In this document: piece after piece, positions 7,740 to 12,065 of the stretch
Layout of the letters: each line of letters begins with the position of its first letter
How positions within the stretch are numbered: the first letter of the stretch is position 1
Assembly: GCA_029856435.1 (NCBI GenBank)
Contig: JAHQXB010000115.1
Location: 1 to 12,065 of the forward strand
Length of the DNA stretch: 12,065 nucleotides
Direction: 5' to 3'
From: Candidatus Jordarchaeia archaeon
GTDB taxonomy: Archaea > Asgardarchaeota > Jordiarchaeia > Jordiarchaeales > Jordiarchaeaceae
Position numbers and translations under genes: made by a program
The notes under the pieces: generated by a model
What the model saw: the letters and a program-made list of their open reading frames with translations, nothing else
What the model was told of the DNA's origin: nothing
Database searches by the model: none

Positions 7740-8916
7740 TAGGGAAGAAGAGAAAATCCTTCAAGGCGAGTACGGCGAGGCGCAAAGGCTTGCCATGAAA
7801 ATACTTTGCGCTCTGGGAGATTTCTTCAAAGCGGAGAGGCTGATAAAAATCGAGTCCGCCCACATATCGGGGGTCTCATACAAAACTGGTGGAGATGCGT
7901 TAATTGAAGTTCTAGAGAGATTCGTAAAGGGCGAAACTAAAATCTTGGTGGCATCCACTCTTAATCCGAGTGGAATGGACCTAGACAGATGGAGAGAGAT
8001 GGGTGTAACAGAAGGTTTCGCCCAAAAACAGAGCGAAATAATAAAAATTTACAAAGCTATGGGCATCCTTGATTTATGCAGCTGCATACCATACGAATTG
8101 GGCAATGTTGCAAAGCTTGGTGACCACATATCGTTTTCAGAGTCCTCAGCAGTAACCTTTATGAACTCCTTTTTTGGAGCCTATACAAATAGAGAAAGCG
8201 GGCTTTCCGCCCTAGCCTCAGCAATAGTTGGGAAAACACCAGAGTATGGGATACACTTACCAGAGAACAGAATGCCCGAAATACTTGTGGAATTGGATGC
8301 AGAACTCAACAATCCCACGGATTATGGCTTGTTGGGATATAGCATTGGGAAGAGCTTCGGCTCAAAAATTCCACTTTTACATAAGGTTCCAAGTATAGAC
8401 CTGCAGCAAGCCAAACAGCTCTCAGCAGCTATGGCGGCATCTGGCTCTGTACCACTATTCTACATTCGCAATTATGAAGAAAGAAAATTCGAGAAAGAAC
8501 ACCCGGAAAAAGTAATATTTGACCAGAAAAAGTTGAAGGCTCTCAGAGAAGATTTTGCTCCCACATCACAACCAGACATCGTTATGGTTGGGTGCCCTCA
8601 TACTTCACTAAGTATCCTCAAAAAGATTTCCGAAACACTTGTGTCGCCAGTATCAAATCAAACTAAGCTGTGGATTTTCACCTCCAGACCCATTAAATTG
8701 ATGGCGGAATCTATGGGATACACCCAAAAAATAGAGCGAATGGGAGGCAAAATTTTCTGCGACACTTGCCCTGTGGTCTGCCCCATCCCTAGATTCGACT
8801 TAGCTTTAACTGATTCCATTAAAGCTGCCCATTACCTTCCAACAATGAGTAAAATTGAATCTGCGTCTTTGCCCCTCGAAGACTGCTTAAAAATAGCTAT
8901 GGGAGGGAAAGTGTAA
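7729..8916 (+). CDS. Phosphomevalonate dehydratase large subunit (aconitase X catalytic domain, Fe-S)
   Basis: Typical N-terminus MYLNREEEKILQGEYGE (ATG 7729; ORF opens at TTG 7720), HISGVSY, TLNP, ESSAV, TNRESG and GKTPEYG. Three candidate cluster-ligating Cys in SCIPY, GCPH and DTCP. Confidence 0.93.
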   Translation: MYLNREEEKILQGEYGEAQRLAMKILCALGDFFKAERLIKIESAHISGVSYKTGGDALIEVLERFVKGETKILVASTLNPSGMDLDRWREMGVTEGFAQKQSEIIKIYKAMGILDLCSCIPYELGNVAKLGDHISFSESSAVTFMNSFFGAYTNRESGLSALASAIVGKTPEYGIHLPENRMPEILVELDAELNNPTDYGLLGYSIGKSFGSKIPLLHKVPSIDLQQAKQLSAAMAASGSVPLFYIRNYEERKFEKEHPEKVIFDQKKLKALREDFAPTSQPDIVMVGCPHTSLSILKKISETLVSPVSNQTKLWIFTSRPIKLMAESMGYTQKIERMGGKIFCDTCPVVCPIPRFDLALTDSIKAAHYLPTMSKIESASLPLEDCLKIAMGGKV

Positions 8917-9347
8917 TGAGGTTGGTACTAAAAGGAGAAGGGCTGAGAGGGTTAAAAAATCCCAGAGTAGAGGGAGAGGCACTCGTAACCCAGATGCCCA
9001 TATCCTTCCTTGGATTCGTAGACCCAAACACGGGCACGGTTATCCAAAAGGGACACGAACTAGAGGGAAAAAGCATTAAAGGAAAAGTACTAGTATTCAG
9101 CACCGGGATAGGGTCAACCGTGGGATCATACGTTTTGATAAATCTTGCAAATAGGGGGTTGGCTCCTAAAGCGATTATTCAGAGGGAATCCGACACCGTA
9201 ACACTCGTGGGAGCAGTTATTGGAGAAATCCCCCTTGTACACCGATTAGAAAAGGATCCCCTCGCCGTGATAAAAAATGGTGACAGAGTAATGGTGGATA
9301 GCGAAAAAGGAATAGTGGAAATCGAAAAAAGAGAAGGAAGTGGGTAA
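8916..9347 (+). CDS. Phosphomevalonate dehydratase small subunit (DUF126, aconitase X swivel domain)
   Basis: VEGEALVTQMPISFLGFVDPNTG, HELEGKSIKGKVLVF and GSTVGSY with the catalytic Ser. TAATG stop/start overlap with the large subunit. Confidence 0.95.
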   Translation: MRLVLKGEGLRGLKNPRVEGEALVTQMPISFLGFVDPNTGTVIQKGHELEGKSIKGKVLVFSTGIGSTVGSYVLINLANRGLAPKAIIQRESDTVTLVGAVIGEIPLVHRLEKDPLAVIKNGDRVMVDSEKGIVEIEKREGSG

Positions 9348-9350
9348 AAA

Positions 9351-10628
9351 ATGGCTCAAGAAAAAATTACTCAAGAAGAACTGATTGAAAAAGTAGTCAA
9401 AGGAGAAATCAAATTCTACCAAGTCGAAAAATACACCGATATAGAAACCGCAACAACCATTAGAAGAAAAGCTATAGAAAAAATAATTGGGAAAGAGCTC
9501 AAACATATAGGATCCTACTCAATAGATATGAAGCAGACAGCATCAAGAAACATTGAAGCCCCCATAGGAGTTCAACAAATACCCCTAGGAATCGCCGGTC
9601 CCCTAAAAGTGAAAGGAGAAATAGCAGACGGCGAATACCTAATCCCTTTAGCCACAACTGAGGGGGCTCTGGTGGCAAGCGTCAATAGAGGATGCAGCAT
9701 CATAACAGCAAGCGGCGGAGCAAAGGCGCGAGTACTAAAAAGCGCCATTACCCGAGCACCATGTATCCTAGTTCCAGACACTGAGCACGCAGTTAAACTT
9801 GTAAATTGGGTGAAAGACAATTTCGAAAAAATATGCGAAGTTTTTAAAGGACAAGATCCCTTCCTAAAACTTCTAGATTTCCAGCCCTGGATAATTGGGA
9901 GAAACGTCTTCCTCAGACTGCTAGCAGACACCGCCGACGCCATGGGAATGAATATGGTAACCAGCGCATCCGAAGCAGTGTGCAACTTTATTCAGGAGCA
10001 TCTCCCCTGGGCAGAAACCGTAGCACTCAGCGGAAACATGTGCGTCGACAAGAAGCCAACAGCCCTAAACTTTATTCTAGGAAGAGGAAAAACCGTCCAA
10101 TCCGAAGCCATCCTAAAAAAGGAATACATAAAAGAAACCCTAAAAACCACCGCCCAAAAAATGGTCGAGGTTGTTTATCGCAAAATATACGTAGGTAGCG
10201 GTCAAGCAGCCTCCTACGGATTTAATTCCCACGTAGCAAACATCATCGCCGCCATATGGATCGCCACCGGGCAGGACGCCGCCCACATAGGAGAATCAAG
10301 TATGGGAATAGTCACAGCCGAAGAAATCAATGACGGTGACTTATACGTATCCCTAACACTTCCCTCAATGATATGCGGAACTATAGGAGGGGGAATGTGG
10401 CTAAGCCAGATGCAAGAAGCGCTCTACATAATGGACTGTGGCGGAGGCTTCATAAAAGGAAAACCTCCAGGAACCCTCGCCAAAAAATTTGCCGAAATTG
10501 CCTGCTCAGCAGCACTCGCTGGAGAGATATCCCTCATTGCCGCACTCGCCGCCGGCCACCTAGCACGTGCACATGAAGCACTGGGAAGAGGAGAAACCGC
10601 CCGAAAAAAAGTGGAAAAACTCTTTTAA
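9351..10628 (+). CDS. hmgA: HMG-CoA reductase, class I (archaeal), with atypical cofactor-binding residues
   Basis: ATTEGALVASVNRG (catalytic Glu), DAMGMNM, DKKP (Lys), TGQDAAH (Asp), GTIGGG and HLARAH (His). Confidence 0.97.
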   Translation: MAQEKITQEELIEKVVKGEIKFYQVEKYTDIETATTIRRKAIEKIIGKELKHIGSYSIDMKQTASRNIEAPIGVQQIPLGIAGPLKVKGEIADGEYLIPLATTEGALVASVNRGCSIITASGGAKARVLKSAITRAPCILVPDTEHAVKLVNWVKDNFEKICEVFKGQDPFLKLLDFQPWIIGRNVFLRLLADTADAMGMNMVTSASEAVCNFIQEHLPWAETVALSGNMCVDKKPTALNFILGRGKTVQSEAILKKEYIKETLKTTAQKMVEVVYRKIYVGSGQAASYGFNSHVANIIAAIWIATGQDAAHIGESSMGIVTAEEINDGDLYVSLTLPSMICGTIGGGMWLSQMQEALYIMDCGGGFIKGKPPGTLAKKFAEIACSAALAGEISLIAALAAGHLARAHEALGRGETARKKVEKLF

Positions 10629-10723
10629 CTTCAGTGGAAAGCCCCTCCGATGAGGAGGAGGCGAAGAAGTCGATATACGCATATTTTCCCATGAGTCACA
10701 TCTTTCCTCGGTGATACTGAAGT
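10628..10723. other. Self-complementary element right after the hmgA stop (candidate structured 3' UTR or small RNA)
   Basis: ACTTCAGT (10628-35) pairs with ACTGAAGT (10716-23), and GGAAAG (10636-41) with CTTTCC (10702-07). An inner hairpin CCTCC-GATGA-GGAGG spans 10644-58. Confidence 0.45.
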
Positions 10724-10747
10724 GGAGATTCGTTAGATTTGGCCTCC

Positions 10748-10775
10748 AAAAGAAGCGTTTACAGGTCTTCTTTTT
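10748..10775 (+). terminator. Probable terminator of the mevalonate operon
   Basis: AAAAGAAG (10748-55) and CTTCTTTT (10767-74) form an 8-bp inverted repeat whose 3' arm ends in a T5 run. Confidence 0.5.
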
Positions 10776-10884
10776 AAATTATAGAGTCTCGAAAAATAGG
10801 GTGTAGAATCGAGCAAGTCTACAGTGCATCATTAAAAAACTATTTAATGGAGAACTCTTAATAAATAAGGTAAAATAATTTAAG

Positions 10885-10892
10885 TTTATATA
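10885..10892 (+). promoter_or_regulatory. Candidate TATA box of the Roadblock-domain gene
   Basis: Consensus TTTATATA about 55 nt upstream of ATG 10947, in an AT-rich stretch. Confidence 0.5.
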
Positions 10893-10946
10893 AGGATAAC
10901 ATTTAGAATTTGTATTTATCATAAATTTTAGAGGCGTTAAAATAAG

Positions 10947-11687
10947 ATGTCTGGAGATGCGAATTTCCTAGATAAATTGAAGGGTGAATTACGCTCATTC
11001 GGAGCAATAACTGATAAAGGGTTAGCTCTACTTACAATGAAAGGCGAAGTTCTCTACTCAGATTTAACAAAAGAAGTTGAGCAGAGGCTCATGTTGTTTA
11101 AACCAAGCTTCCCGGGTCTAACTGTCGGGTCAAACATTACACTCGCAGCGGAAAACGAATCTTTAATTGTAATACGCGCCTCGCAACAAATCCTAATGGC
11201 GGTGCAGACCCAGCAGAGGGTGGGCTTAACCCTAGTCATGCTATCAGGCCTCATCAAAAGATACGGGAGTAAATTCGATGAATTCGCACAGACCGTAAAA
11301 ATCGCCCCACCGGCGATAAAGCCAACAGTCAAAATAGAAAAACCAGCACCAGCGGCAGTAATAGAGACCCCCATAAAAGAAATGGTTGTAAAAGAAGAAG
11401 CCAGAGAAGTTGAGGCAGAATTAACTGAAAAAGAGGTTGAAGCCTACCAAAAATCATTAATATATGAGCTCATCCCACCACTAACTCCCGAAAACGTGCT
11501 AAACAAGTCTGGGGTATGGAGCAGAGCATCACGCCTAATGCTTAGAAACCTAGACCAAGATCTAACAGTGGAAGAGTTACAAGAGGGACTCAAAAATGCG
11601 GGTTTCGACGTAACTTGGCAATGGGTGTACGAAACTCTGCGCGCATTGGAAACCCGTGGAATAGTAAGAATAAAAGGTAAAAGGTAG
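10947..11687 (+). CDS. Roadblock/LC7-like domain + Pro/Ala/Glu/Lys-rich linker + C-terminal winged-helix-like domain protein
   Basis: The N-terminal ~110 aa show the Roadblock pattern (GLALLTMKGEVLYSDL ... SLIVIR ... ILMAV ... RVGLTLVML). After a low-complexity linker (APPAIKPTVKIEKPAPAA), the C-terminus LTVEELQEGL...WVYETLRALETRGIVRI fits an HTH plus wing. Fold assignment is by eye. Confidence 0.7.
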   Translation: MSGDANFLDKLKGELRSFGAITDKGLALLTMKGEVLYSDLTKEVEQRLMLFKPSFPGLTVGSNITLAAENESLIVIRASQQILMAVQTQQRVGLTLVMLSGLIKRYGSKFDEFAQTVKIAPPAIKPTVKIEKPAPAAVIETPIKEMVVKEEAREVEAELTEKEVEAYQKSLIYELIPPLTPENVLNKSGVWSRASRLMLRNLDQDLTVEELQEGLKNAGFDVTWQWVYETLRALETRGIVRIKGKR

Positions 11688-11691
11688 GCAT

Positions 11692-11765
11692 AAAACAGAC
11701 GAAAAAGCTTCCGCAGCAAATTTGTTTGAAGGGGCGGATTCAGCTGACTGTTTTGTAGCTTTTTA
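11692..11765 (+). terminator. Imperfect hairpin plus T tracts after the Roadblock gene
   Basis: Nested arms AAAACAG/CTGTTTT (11692-98 / 11748-54), AGCT/AGCT and TCCGC/GCGGA, followed by T-rich sequence. Confidence 0.35.
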
Positions 11766-11978
11766 TCTTGTTTCTAAACGGGATTATTATTCATCCTTTT
11801 TCTCAAAAAGTGGTCCTCTTATGGCTTCTCCTAAAGTGAGAACCCAAAACCCCGTTGCTCTCCATTTTAAAGATGTTTCTAAAATCCCTAAACGCAAAAA
11901 AAAGAATTTTATGCTCCACTGGCTAAAGGGTGAAAAGCGCTCAAAAAAAGAAAAGATTCTTTTAGAAGAGCGAGAGTT

Positions 11979-12065
11979 CTAGAACGGTAGAGATAGTATA
12001 TTGAAAGCAGGCATCTGACCCGAGAGCAGCCAAATAATTACAAAGCATACTCCACACAAGGCAAG
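11979..12065 (-). CDS. Probable C-terminal tail of a membrane protein entering from beyond the window
   Basis: The - strand frame is open from the window edge, LALCGVCFVIIWLLSGQMPAFNILSLPF*, with TAG at 11979-11981 and one TM-like hydrophobic stretch. Only 28 codons are visible. Confidence 0.4.
   Translation of the reverse strand, partial: LALCGVCFVIIWLLSGQMPAFNILSLPF

Noticed and set aside
10636-10662. Resemblance of GGAAAGCCCCTCC..GGAGGAGG to IS200/IS605 terminal hairpins
   Set aside because: Only superficial. No transposase/TnpB remnant or second end is visible, so it is not called as a mobile element.
10629-10723. Known RNA families for the post-hmgA structure (RNase P from GGAAAG, hammerhead from GATGAG..GAA, tRNA from the 7-bp stem, C/D or H/ACA guide, fluoride riboswitch, SECIS)
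   Set aside because: No P4 partner or RNase P length, no hammerhead stem II/GAAA core, no T-loop, no properly placed C/D or ACA boxes, no crcB P1/pseudoknot, and no in-frame TGA in the upstream genes.
3618-11719. Remaining antisense or alternate-frame ORFs overlapping the pathway and Roadblock genes
   Set aside because: Fully or largely nested in strongly supported genes, with no family motifs.
11722-11982. 86-aa + strand ORF
   Set aside because: TTG start without SD, begins inside a hairpin, and is built from T- and A-runs of a convergent terminator region. It cannot be fully excluded.
11995-12010. ATTGAAAG, resembling a CRISPR repeat 3' end
   Set aside because: Single occurrence inside a probable coding tail; no repeat-spacer array or cas gene.

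Overview
Archaeal isoprenoid-biosynthesis locus. A seven-gene + strand cluster (3652-10628) encodes HMG-CoA synthase, acetoacetyl-CoA thiolase, the DUF35 scaffold, a UbiD-family decarboxylase (probable anhydromevalonate-phosphate decarboxylase), both subunits of aconitase-X phosphomevalonate dehydratase, and a class I HMG-CoA reductase. That is 5 of the 7 steps of the modified ('Aeropyrum-type') mevalonate pathway. A trans-prenyl diphosphate synthase is divergently transcribed from the same intergenic region. On the left is a 5'-truncated protein with at least 20 gap-free 22-residue amphipathic repeats and a C-terminal PLD-like/TrmB-C-like domain lacking the HKD motif. On the right are a Roadblock/LC7 + winged-helix protein and the hydrophobic tail of a - strand gene cut by the window edge. 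The flanking genes suggest an Asgard-like host (inference only). The most notable sequence details are: the reductase has Asp-Pro where class I enzymes have the NADPH-phosphate-binding Ser-Arg (possible NADH switch); the prenyl synthase has Ala at the chain-length gate (possible product longer than C20); and a highly self-complementary ~150-nt element follows hmgA. All assignments come from motif recognition by eye; no database searches were run.
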